From the IMG/VR virus record IMGVR_UViG_3300043932_000058, positions 1 to 35,579 of that record: a DNA stretch of 35,579 bases. One strand, given 5' to 3'. Each line of letters starts with the position of its first letter. The stretch's first letter is position 1. Below the pieces are notes generated by a model, which was not told where the DNA came from, did no database searches, and saw only the letters and a list, made by a program, of their open reading frames with translations. Shown here piece after piece: positions 1-7,902 of the stretch. The translations under genes and the position numbers were made by a program. The DNA comes from a virus (lineage: Duplodnaviria > Caudoviricetes).

Positions 1-81
1 CACTTCGGACTGACTGACAGGCGAGCAAAAACTACGGCTCGCGCACTAGCAATCCTGCTCGGAATGGAGGTGGGAGCATGA
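1..81 (+). CDS. 3' part of a small Cys/His-rich hypothetical protein that starts at 35448 and crosses the window junction
   Basis: Frame 1 is open from base 1 (HFGLTDRRAKTTARALAILLGMEVGA*). It ends in TGA 79-81, which overlaps the ATG at 78. Confidence 0.75.
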   Translation, partial: HFGLTDRRAKTTARALAILLGMEVGA

Positions 82-263
82 ACCGAAACAAGCGAACCAT
101 TTTCCTCGTCGTCTCAATACTCCGGGAAGCTATCGTGCCGCTCGTCGCCTACGAAAACTCTTTCAAAGCCGAACGTAAAGCCCGCGAGCTGGACGAAAAC
201 CGACTCGCTGGGGACAAGGCACAGTACGTCGTCCACTCGATCGAGCTGGTGGAGGAGAAATGA
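78..263 (+). CDS. hypothetical protein
   Basis: GGAGG RBS upstream; ATGA overlaps with both neighbouring genes. Confidence 0.7.
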   Translation: MNRNKRTIFLVVSILREAIVPLVAYENSFKAERKARELDENRLAGDKAQYVVHSIELVEEK

Positions 264-1291
264 ATACCACATACGCAGGCTGGGGCCACAGAATGCCCGA
301 CTATCAACTCATGGCTCCCTTTCCATATTTTGGCGGGAAAAGGAATGCTGCTGCGACCGTCTGGGAGGCGCTGGGGGACGTTGGAGGATACATCGAACCC
401 TTCGCTGGATCTGCTGCCGTCTTGCTGGGCAGGCCACCATTTGAGGGGCCGCGCGTCGAGACCATTAACGACACGGACGGCTGGCTGGTCAACGCCTGGC
501 GAGCTATCCGAGCCGATCCAGAGGGAGTGGTCCAGGAAGCCTTTGGGCCCGTCTCGGAGGTGGATCTGCACGCTCGAGCGGCCTGGCTGGCAGAGCGCCG
601 CACGCCTGAGCTTATCTCATGGCTCGAAGGCGATCCTGAGCGGTACGACGCGAAGGCAGCGGGCTGGTGGCTATATGTGTCAGCATGCTCTATCGGTGGC
701 GATGCATTCCGCGGCGGACCCTGGCACGTAGTCGATGGACACCTAGTGAAAACCGAGTGGAGTCCCCACGGAATAAACCGAAGTATTCCGCATGTTGGCG
801 GGACTGAGCGCGGCGTCCTCCGCCGCCAGCCTGAGAGTATGGGTGACAGTGAGGGGGCTCGCGCCCTCGCTTACATGCGGCAGTTGCAGGCGCGACTGCT
901 GCGCGTTCGGATCACAGTTGGCGACTGGAAGCGCGTGCTCTCACCCTCCGTTGTAAAGCTAAGTGTGGGACCGGGCAACGTGGGAATCTTCCTCGACCCC
1001 CCATATTCCACGAGCGCCGAGGTTTATGTCGGCACCAAAAATGCGAGCATTTCTGATGACGTGCTCGACTGGTGCCTGAAAGCGGATCCGGATCTGCGGA
1101 TCGTCCTCGCCGGGTATGAGTCCGACAATGACGCATTGCTGGATGTGGGCTGGCGGAAGGTCGAATCGATCGGCGGGCAGGGCAGTGGTTTCAGCAAAAA
1201 AGGTGACGCAGGCAGACGTGAGCGATTGTGGATGAGTCCTAGCTGCCTCGACCCCGAGGGCATGCTCCCGCTTTTTGGAGGCGGACTATGA
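260..1291 (+). CDS. DNA adenine methyltransferase (Dam/D12-like)
   Basis: Contains PFPYFGGK, YIEPFAGSAAV (SAM-binding), ETINDTDG and FLDPPY (catalytic motif IV). The real start may be the ATG at 293. Confidence 0.9.
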   Translation: MNTTYAGWGHRMPDYQLMAPFPYFGGKRNAAATVWEALGDVGGYIEPFAGSAAVLLGRPPFEGPRVETINDTDGWLVNAWRAIRADPEGVVQEAFGPVSEVDLHARAAWLAERRTPELISWLEGDPERYDAKAAGWWLYVSACSIGGDAFRGGPWHVVDGHLVKTEWSPHGINRSIPHVGGTERGVLRRQPESMGDSEGARALAYMRQLQARLLRVRITVGDWKRVLSPSVVKLSVGPGNVGIFLDPPYSTSAEVYVGTKNASISDDVLDWCLKADPDLRIVLAGYESDNDALLDVGWRKVESIGGQGSGFSKKGDAGRRERLWMSPSCLDPEGMLPLFGGGL

Positions 1292-1461
1292 CACTGGTCG
1301 ATCATTACACGCATCACGACGGGCGACGGATCGAGCTGTGGAAGGCCGACCGGTATTTCCTCGTCCGGATCATCCCGGTGCGAGGGACGCCGGTACAGCA
1401 CCCCTACACGAGCGAGCGCCGTGCCCGTGAGGCTTTCGACGCTGCCGTGAGGGGGTGCTGA
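1288..1461 (+). CDS. small hypothetical protein (57 aa, not in the ORF track)
   Basis: MTLVDHYTHHDGRRIELWK...AAVRGC*; GGAGG RBS; ATGA overlap with the methylase stop; fills the gap to RusA. Confidence 0.65.
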   Translation: MTLVDHYTHHDGRRIELWKADRYFLVRIIPVRGTPVQHPYTSERRAREAFDAAVRGC

Positions 1462-1463
1462 GG

Positions 1464-1850
1464 GTGAGTCACCATATCATTATCCCGGTGGCGAAAACGG
1501 ACTGGCTTTTGCAGAATCATCGCGTCCACTACCAGGTCGCGGCGAGGAAGAAAAAGCAAATCAGGCATGACGCTGCGATCTATGCGCGGCGTGACCTGAG
1601 TCCATGCGTCGGGCCAGTCGCGATCTATGCGCGAGCCTACGTGCGAGGCGGCGTGCTCCCGGATGCTGACGCTATCGCACCCATGGTCAAAGCCGCGATA
1701 GATGGCCTGGTAGACGCCGGAATCATCCCAAACGACGACGGGGAAAACGTCTACCTCGTCGGGTATGGCAGGCCCGCGCGTGACCGGACACTCAAACCCG
1801 GCATGCACGCATTGATGCTCGTCGTCACCGACCAATACGTGCCGTTTTAG
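1464..1850 (+). CDS. rusA: RusA-like Holliday junction resolvase
   Basis: PDADAIAPMVKAAIDGLVDAGIIPNDD matches the RusA D-x-D..K...D.L..AG...DD pattern, and the gene sits in the replication module. Confidence 0.8.
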   Translation: MSHHIIIPVAKTDWLLQNHRVHYQVAARKKKQIRHDAAIYARRDLSPCVGPVAIYARAYVRGGVLPDADAIAPMVKAAIDGLVDAGIIPNDDGENVYLVGYGRPARDRTLKPGMHALMLVVTDQYVPF

Positions 1851-1871
1851 ACAGCAGGAAGGAGGAAGAAG

Positions 1872-2777
1872 ATGGCACGACAATACGCGAAAGTGCTCTT
1901 GACCATCTGGAATGATCCAGACTTCAAAAGCTTATCCATTAACGCCCAATGGCTATATTTCACGATGCTCACATACCCGACACTCAATTCGTGCGGCGTA
2001 CTGGAATGGCGTGAAGCGAAACTCGCGAAAATGGCGAACGGTATCGATGTTGCGACCCTGCGCGCCGCCGCCTGGGAACTTGGAGAGAGGCGCCTAATCG
2101 CGGTTGATCCCGACACAGAAGAGGCGCTCGTGCGATCGTTCGTGCGCCACGACGGGGCCTTGAAGAGCCCTAATCTTGTCAAAGCGATGGTCCGTGAGCA
2201 TGGCGCTATCGCGTCGCAAAAAATCATGGCTCTCGTCTCTCGGGAAGTCCGTAGAGCCATCTCGGAACATCCCGAATACAGTGGTGCACGGCTTGCCGAA
2301 CCGATCGTGAAACAGTTCCCGGAACCCTTCCAATTAGGTTCCGATTTTGTTCCCGATTGGTTCCATTTAGGTTCCGTTTTAGATCCCCTCAAAAATGGGG
2401 AACCCTTCCAATTAGGTTCCATTTCGGTTCCCCTATCCCTTAACCCTCAACCCTTATCTAAAGATAAGAGGGGGGAACCGGAGCAAGCTCCGGACCCCGC
2501 CCCCAGGCGAACCAGATTCCCTGACGGATGGACCCCGAAAGACTCGCATCGAGTCAAAGCTCAAGAGCTCAACCTCGACCTGGATTGGGAAGCCCGACAC
2601 TTCGAAGACAACGCCATCGCTAAAGGCGTCATGTACGTGGATTGGGATCGAGCGTTCTTCTCCTGGATGACAAAAAGCGTCGAATTCGGGCGCACACGCC
2701 GGAGCACCTCCCGAGAAGAACTTGCCTGGGATCGAGTCCCAACCGTGACTCCGGGGAAGCACCTCGATGATGACTGA
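1872..2777 (+). CDS. phage replication initiator (replisome organizer type)
   Basis: N-terminal IWNDPDFKSLS..AQWLY motif, an internal low-complexity iteron region, a C-terminal DWDRAFFSWM motif, and DnaB directly downstream. Confidence 0.75.
   Translation: MARQYAKVLLTIWNDPDFKSLSINAQWLYFTMLTYPTLNSCGVLEWREAKLAKMANGIDVATLRAAAWELGERRLIAVDPDTEEALVRSFVRHDGALKSPNLVKAMVREHGAIASQKIMALVSREVRRAISEHPEYSGARLAEPIVKQFPEPFQLGSDFVPDWFHLGSVLDPLKNGEPFQLGSISVPLSLNPQPLSKDKRGEPEQAPDPAPRRTRFPDGWTPKDSHRVKAQELNLDLDWEARHFEDNAIAKGVMYVDWDRAFFSWMTKSVEFGRTRRSTSREELAWDRVPTVTPGKHLDDD
2321..2431 (+). repeat. iteron cluster / probable replication origin inside the initiator gene
   Basis: 22-bp direct repeat GGAACCCTTCCAATTAGGTTCC at 2321-2342 and 2399-2420. 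TTCC cores recur every 11 bp at 2328, 2339, 2350, 2361, 2372 and again at 2406, 2417, 2428. Confidence 0.75.
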
Positions 2778-4074
2778 GAATCTGGAATGGAGCCTTGATA
2801 GGCAAATCGTCGGGCTGGCGTTGTCTGGGCCACGGAATCTTGCCGACGTGCGCACGGTCCGAGCCGAGTGGTTTGATGATCCGCTTGCCGCTGAGGTGTG
2901 GGGCGTAATTCAGCGCCTCGACCGGGAGGGGACGCCTGTAGATCCGCAAATCGTGTTCGGGCGTGCCTCGGAAATCAATGAGCTCCATAGGTCTCACCTG
3001 ACGCTGGTTTGGCTTTTCGACTGCGTGCAGGCAGCGCCGAATGGTTTCGTTGGTGAGCATTACGCGGCGCAGCTCAAGGACCGTTACTGGAGGCGCGTCC
3101 TTGCGGGGACGCTCACGCGCTCATTGCAGCTGCTAGACGGCTCCGGCGATATTCGGCAGGTCCGCCTCGAAGTGATGGCGACGCTCGACAAGTTGGATTT
3201 ACAGGCGTCGTCTGAGCAGTCTTTTGACGATGTGCTCGAAGAGGCAATGTCCTCGTTCAACCAGGTCACGCCGTATGTCCCGACGCCATGGGATGGGTTG
3301 AATGATGTGATTCGGGGTTGGCGGCCGGGTGGGCTTTACGTGGTCGGTGCGCGCCCTGGCGTCGGCAAATCGCTTGTTCTGATGCAGGCGGCAATGGGTA
3401 TTACTTCTCGCGGCCCAGTGTTGTTTGAATCGCTGGAAATGAGTCCATCAGAGGTGATGACCAGGATTATTGCCAACGAGTCGGGGGTGGCTCTCAATCG
3501 ACTCAAGGGGCGGCGTGAGGATGGTACTGGTGGCCCGTCGGCGGAGGATTGGCGCCGCCTTCGCGAGGTGGCTAAAGGCATGCGCGGGACGCCGCTGCAT
3601 ATTCGTGGGAAAGGCGTTCGCACACCACTTGATGTGCGGGAACATGCTCGGGATGTGAAGGCGAAAGGCGGGCTTGCGGGCATTGTCGTGGACTATTTGC
3701 AAATCATGTCCGGTTCCTCGAGACGCCAGGATAGTCGCGCCAGTGAGATCGCGGAGTACACGCGACAGTTGAAGCTCATGGCGATGGAATTTGAGTGTCC
3801 GGTGATCATTGCTTCGCAGCTCAATCGTGAATCCGTGAAGGAAGGGAAGGCTCCTACGCTTTCGGCGTTGCGGGAATCTGGGTCTATCGAGCAGGACGCA
3901 GACGTGGTTTTGCTCCTGAACACGAATGAGGCTGACGCTACATGGGACCCGAATGGTGATGTTCCGATCAAGGCGATGGTGGCGAAGAACCGGCAGGGTC
4001 CGATCGCGAAGTTCGAGCTGATCAGGTCGGGTAAGAACGCGAAAATTTACGACAACTATATGGCTGGAAATTAG
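2767..4074 (+). CDS. dnaB: DnaB-like replicative helicase
   Basis: Motifs GARPGVGKS (Walker A), SLEM, VVDYLQ, SQLNR, LRESGSIEQDAD and AKNRQGP. Confidence 0.95.
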   Translation: MMTENLEWSLDRQIVGLALSGPRNLADVRTVRAEWFDDPLAAEVWGVIQRLDREGTPVDPQIVFGRASEINELHRSHLTLVWLFDCVQAAPNGFVGEHYAAQLKDRYWRRVLAGTLTRSLQLLDGSGDIRQVRLEVMATLDKLDLQASSEQSFDDVLEEAMSSFNQVTPYVPTPWDGLNDVIRGWRPGGLYVVGARPGVGKSLVLMQAAMGITSRGPVLFESLEMSPSEVMTRIIANESGVALNRLKGRREDGTGGPSAEDWRRLREVAKGMRGTPLHIRGKGVRTPLDVREHARDVKAKGGLAGIVVDYLQIMSGSSRRQDSRASEIAEYTRQLKLMAMEFECPVIIASQLNRESVKEGKAPTLSALRESGSIEQDADVVLLLNTNEADATWDPNGDVPIKAMVAKNRQGPIAKFELIRSGKNAKIYDNYMAGN

Positions 4075-4092
4075 AGAAAGTGGAGAATCGAA

Positions 4093-4581
4093 ATGGCGAA
4101 TGATGTGCAAATTGCGTTTGTGGGGACGCTGGGTGGCGATCCGGAAATCAAGTACGGGCAGGATGGGAGCCCGCGTTGCCGGTTGAGAATCGCAGCGAAC
4201 CCGAGCCGGTACGACAAGCAGGCGTCGGCGTGGACGGAACTGGGTGTGACCCAGTGGTATTCCGCCACGGCATTCGGTGAAGATGCTGAGCTGTGGGCGG
4301 ATAACCTGCGGAAAGGCCAGCGGGTTCGCGTTGAGGGCCTGCTCGTGTTCCGGGAGTGGCAGGCGCAGGACGGGACGATGCGGCTCGAGTACGAGATCCG
4401 CAATCCGCGTATCACGTTGCCTTTGCCCAGAAACGCCTCAAATCGTTCGCAGGATGGATTCTCAGGGCCTCAAAGCGGCGGGATAGGTAACCATGCCAGC
4501 GCGGCATACAACGCGCCACAGGGCGGCACAGCGAACGATCCGTGGGGCACCCGCAGCGCAATCAGCGACCCACCATTCTAA
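4093..4581 (+). CDS. ssb: single-stranded DNA-binding protein
   Basis: OB-fold pattern (GTLGGDPE...LRKGQRVRVEG) with an actinobacterial-type C-terminal tail DPW...DPPF. Confidence 0.92.
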   Translation: MANDVQIAFVGTLGGDPEIKYGQDGSPRCRLRIAANPSRYDKQASAWTELGVTQWYSATAFGEDAELWADNLRKGQRVRVEGLLVFREWQAQDGTMRLEYEIRNPRITLPLPRNASNRSQDGFSGPQSGGIGNHASAAYNAPQGGTANDPWGTRSAISDPPF

Positions 4582-4647
4582 TGGGCCAGCCAAGCAACAC
4601 AGGCAATTTCAAAAGCAAACTATCCCGAACCCTATGGAGGTACCACC

Positions 4648-5004
4648 ATGGACACCAACCACCCAGAAACAAGAGTCTCAGTCGAAGAAAACGCTCAAGA
4701 TTTGGACGTGAGCGCACCAGACGCCGCCTATGAGCGCGAAACCACCGTCAACATGTCCGACGGCGATCCACTAGTCCGAATCTGGACCATGCAACGCACC
4801 GTCCTCACGAAACTCCGGAAAAAGTCTGAAATATTCACGGAAACAGGCAACGGACACCACGGAACGTTCGAGTGGGCCACGTTCACATGCCCACGCAGCC
4901 GCTTCAACCTCGGTGCAGCCGCGCGTCCCCCGCGTCAGCTGACCGATGAGCAGCGTGCCGAAATGGCGGAACGTGCCCGCCGGCGGTTTGGGAGCCAATC
5001 GTGA
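4648..5004 (+). CDS. hypothetical protein
   Basis: GGAGG RBS; C-terminal LTDEQRAEMAERARRRF motif resembling other small phage proteins. Confidence 0.7.
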   Translation: MDTNHPETRVSVEENAQDLDVSAPDAAYERETTVNMSDGDPLVRIWTMQRTVLTKLRKKSEIFTETGNGHHGTFEWATFTCPRSRFNLGAAARPPRQLTDEQRAEMAERARRRFGSQS

Positions 5005-5075
5005 AAATCTATATTTCCGGCCCGATGACCGGCCTGTATCGCTTCGCAGCTAAAACTAAACGTTCGTGCGCTTGA
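5001..5075 (+). pseudogene. truncated N-terminus of a DUF4406-like protein
   Basis: GTGA-coupled start gives MKIYISGPMTG, which I recognise as the DUF4406-type N-terminal motif. The frame stops after 24 codons in AT-rich sequence. Confidence 0.6.
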
Positions 5076-5142
5076 CACAATGTAACTCAACCTTTTTTGA
5101 TAGACTGAGCCGTAGGTTTTCTTGCGGCGGGAAGGCTCAACA

Positions 5143-5490
5143 ATGAGCGAACATCATAGCATAAGCGCCGAGGCCGTAGAAGCAGCGGCGAAAGCACTAC
5201 TAGACCGCGTGAGGCAAAGCATGGGCAGGCGTCCGATACCACTTTCCGAAGCGGCAGGGAAAGACGAGTTGCTCAGACGGTCAGAAGCCGCCCTCGCCGC
5301 CGCTGAGCCGTATCTACGCAAGAAGTGGGCGGAGGAACTGGTGGAAATGATCAGGGAGAGCAATCTCGGTGCTCCGCTCTACATCTACCCAGACGGCACA
5401 GCACGTATAGCTAGTGGGCCAGAGATGCGGGCAGAGCTTTGCAAATTCATTTTGGAAGGAGCCGGGGAAAATGAGCAACCTTCCGCCTAA
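5143..5490 (+). CDS. hypothetical protein
   Basis: GGAAGG RBS before ATG 5143; TGATAGACT extended -10-like element at 5098-5106. Confidence 0.65.
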   Translation: MSEHHSISAEAVEAAAKALLDRVRQSMGRRPIPLSEAAGKDELLRRSEAALAAAEPYLRKKWAEELVEMIRESNLGAPLYIYPDGTARIASGPEMRAELCKFILEGAGENEQPSA

Positions 5491-5683
5491 CGATCCCCGC
5501 CACGGAACCATCAACGGCTACTCCACCCTCGGTTGTCGTTGCGATCGGTGCCGTGCGGCGGGCACCAAAGCCGCCAGAAGGAGACGCCTACGCGAGCTCG
5601 ACCACATCCGAGAGTTGGAAGAAGAAAACGAGTACCTCAGGATGCGGCTGGCGCAGGCCCTACGCGACAAGCAGGAGGACTGA
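5471..5683 (+). CDS. small Cys-rich protein (HGT..GY..GCRC..CR type)
   Basis: RHGTINGYSTLGCRCDRCRAA motif, common in actinobacteriophages, followed by a coiled-coil-like tail. Confidence 0.75.
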   Translation: MSNLPPNDPRHGTINGYSTLGCRCDRCRAAGTKAARRRRLRELDHIRELEEENEYLRMRLAQALRDKQED

Positions 5684-6375
5684 TGAGTGAGGCGCGCGTA
5701 TGCCCGATCACGGGTGAGCCTTTGCCGTTGACTGATCCAGGGAGGATCGTCTCACAGACTGCATGCAATCGTCTCCGCGGCGCCACGAATGATTTGGCTG
5801 GGCTGATGGAGACGATCGATGAGATGATCGCTGGAGCCGGACGCAAACCAGCCGTTGGTGGCAGTCACGTATCCGGGCCGCGCGCGCCACTCAACCTCGG
5901 ACTCCTCGACGCCGTGAGCGATTGGCGAGACACCATCGACCTGTGGGCCGCCGAACTCCTCGCCTATGTCAGGCCAGGAGTACGCTACCGGCCCGGCGAC
6001 TGGCGCGCCGCTGAGGCGATCTTCCAGCAGTACGCCAACCAGTGCAGTCACTGGACGCAAACCTGGGGAGGCGTCGTGCAGGACACCGGGGCCATGTGTA
6101 TCGACGAAACCATTGACGCCATTCGACACCTCGACCAGATAGCCAACCCACGCGAAACATTGACGCAAGAACTCACCCGCGACGAAGCAATAGACAAGCT
6201 AGCCGACGTCACACTCACAATCCGATCAGCATGCGAAACCATCCGACTCTTGACCGGGCGAGAGCTTCCAACCTCGACTGTCCGATCATGGGAACACCGC
6301 GGCAAAATCGTTGGGCAAGGATCACCGAAACGCTACCCAATCAGCCAACTAATCCAACTCGCCAACAACACTTGA
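5683..6375 (+). CDS. DNA-binding protein with C-terminal MerR-like HTH (possible late regulator)
   Basis: GGAGG RBS and TGATG coupling; C-terminal LTIRSACE...LPTSTVRSWEHRGKI...RYPISQL; last gene of the early block before packaging. Confidence 0.65.
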   Translation: MSEARVCPITGEPLPLTDPGRIVSQTACNRLRGATNDLAGLMETIDEMIAGAGRKPAVGGSHVSGPRAPLNLGLLDAVSDWRDTIDLWAAELLAYVRPGVRYRPGDWRAAEAIFQQYANQCSHWTQTWGGVVQDTGAMCIDETIDAIRHLDQIANPRETLTQELTRDEAIDKLADVTLTIRSACETIRLLTGRELPTSTVRSWEHRGKIVGQGSPKRYPISQLIQLANNT

Positions 6376-6403
6376 CAAAGTGCAACGCCGCATGTGGTAC
6401 ACT
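6372..6403 (+). promoter_or_regulatory. sigma-A-like promoter with a long spacer
   Basis: TTGACA (6372-6377), a 20-nt spacer, then TACACT (6398-6403) preceded by TGTGG (extended -10). Confidence 0.55.
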
Positions 6404-6495
6404 ACGTGTAAGCGCGATCCGTATGAAGGTCGCGCGCACGCGTTTAATGCTGAAAAAACTCGCCGAAAAGCCCGCGAATCCCATACACTAGACAC

Positions 6496-7038
6496 ATGGG
6501 AACCCACAGCAAAGTCGGCGCTTTGCTCGCCGCACTCACAATCACCGCCACCATGACCGCCTGCTCAACCTCCGACAACGGAGAAATCGTCAAAAACGAC
6601 ACGACGGTCACCACAACCACAACCACACCGGCAGCCAAAGCAACAACCAAAGCTGCAACCAACCCAGTATTCGGCGACTCATACGCCTGGGACGACGGCC
6701 TCAAAATCACCGTATCCGCGCCCACCGAAGTCACACCCAGCAAATACGCCGCCGGAGTCACCGCCGGATGGACCAACCTCGCATGGACCATCACCATCGA
6801 AAACGGCACCAGCGAAAACTATGACCCATCCATGATCTACATCACCGTCGCGGCAGGCGGGCAAGAAGGCACCGAAATCTACGACACCGACTGGACTGGC
6901 GCGCCGACCTCGACAATACTCCCAGGCAACACACTCTCGTGGACAGTCGCCTACTCGGTCGCCGATGCGGCCAGCGTGCAGCTATCCGTAGAAGACGTAC
7001 TCGCCATGGACAAGAACGAAGTAATCTTCACCAACTAA
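6496..7038 (+). CDS. lipoprotein (moron), Ig-like/DUF4352-like domain
   Basis: Hydrophobic signal peptide ending in lipobox-like MTA-C, Thr-rich linker, beta-rich domain; has its own terminator. Confidence 0.8.
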   Translation: MGTHSKVGALLAALTITATMTACSTSDNGEIVKNDTTVTTTTTTPAAKATTKAATNPVFGDSYAWDDGLKITVSAPTEVTPSKYAAGVTAGWTNLAWTITIENGTSENYDPSMIYITVAAGGQEGTEIYDTDWTGAPTSTILPGNTLSWTVAYSVADAASVQLSVEDVLAMDKNEVIFTN

Positions 7039-7050
7039 ACCGAACCAACA

Positions 7051-7084
7051 AGAAAAGCCCTCAGCGCATGCCGAGGGCTTTTCT
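7051..7084. terminator. intrinsic terminator (bidirectional-type)
   Basis: AGAAAAGCCCTC-N10-GAGGGCTTTTCT inverted repeat after the lipoprotein stop. Confidence 0.85.
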
Positions 7085-7095
7085 CATGCGCGGAG

Positions 7096-7419
7096 GTGAG
7101 CCACATGTCTAAAGAACGCGTCAGCTCACGCCACATGAACAATCTGCGCACACGGTTCTATGAGGAAGGTAAGCGCCTCGACGAAGCAGGCGATCCCGCC
7201 GCCGATTGCTGGATCTGCAAAAAACGAATCGACTACACTGTCGGGCCAGGAACAACAGACTCATCTCACGAGCTAGACCACTACTATCCCGTCAGCCTCT
7301 ATCCCGACCTACAAGAGGACCCCGCGAACTTTCGACACGCACACCGCAAATGCAACCGCGAACGAGGCAACGGACAACCCAACGCAGACCTCGGCCAACT
7401 CGTCCCCGAATGGTGGTGA
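7096..7419 (+). CDS. HNH endonuclease (terminase-associated)
   Basis: CWIC...ELDHYYPVS...NFRHAHRKCNRERG; immediately upstream of the terminase genes. Confidence 0.9.
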   Translation: MSHMSKERVSSRHMNNLRTRFYEEGKRLDEAGDPAADCWICKKRIDYTVGPGTTDSSHELDHYYPVSLYPDLQEDPANFRHAHRKCNRERGNGQPNADLGQLVPEWW

Positions 7420-7540
7420 CCATGGGGGTAGGGGCGGTAAAATCTGGCGACCGCCCGCCCTGGATACCTCCCGTGCGGCCTCGCTTCCTCTCTCCCCGGG
7501 GTTTTTGGTGGGGGTCGCGCGCGCGAGGAAGGAGCTGGTG

Positions 7541-7897
7541 ATGGCTAAGTTTGACGATGATTCAGTTGAGGCTGCGTTAGATCGCGCATTGAGGAGTGCG
7601 AAGCATTTGCGGGCGCGTGATGCTGCAGCTGTTGCTGTGGCGAGGTCGTTGGCCCGGAAGATCGACGCGTGGGACGTGATTGTTGATTGGGCTCTTGAAG
7701 ATGTTGTGGAGTCTGGTGGTAGGGCTCGACCGGCGGTTCCTCAGAATGACAATGTATCGGCGGCAACGTTCTTGAAGGCGTTGCAGGCTTTGGGGCTGGT
7801 TCCGCCGAATGAGAAGCAGAAGACCGGGCCGGAGTCGCAGGCGTCGGAGTCTCAGCAGGCTTTGAATGAGATGAGGGCTAAACTGCGGGCCTTGTAG
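7541..7897 (+). CDS. terS: terminase small subunit
   Basis: Position between HNH and TerL; AAVAVARSLARKID...FLKALQALGLVP pattern; GAAGGAG RBS. Confidence 0.75.
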   Translation: MAKFDDDSVEAALDRALRSAKHLRARDAAAVAVARSLARKIDAWDVIVDWALEDVVESGGRARPAVPQNDNVSAATFLKALQALGLVPPNEKQKTGPESQASESQQALNEMRAKLRAL

Positions 7898-7902
7898 GGG
7901 GT

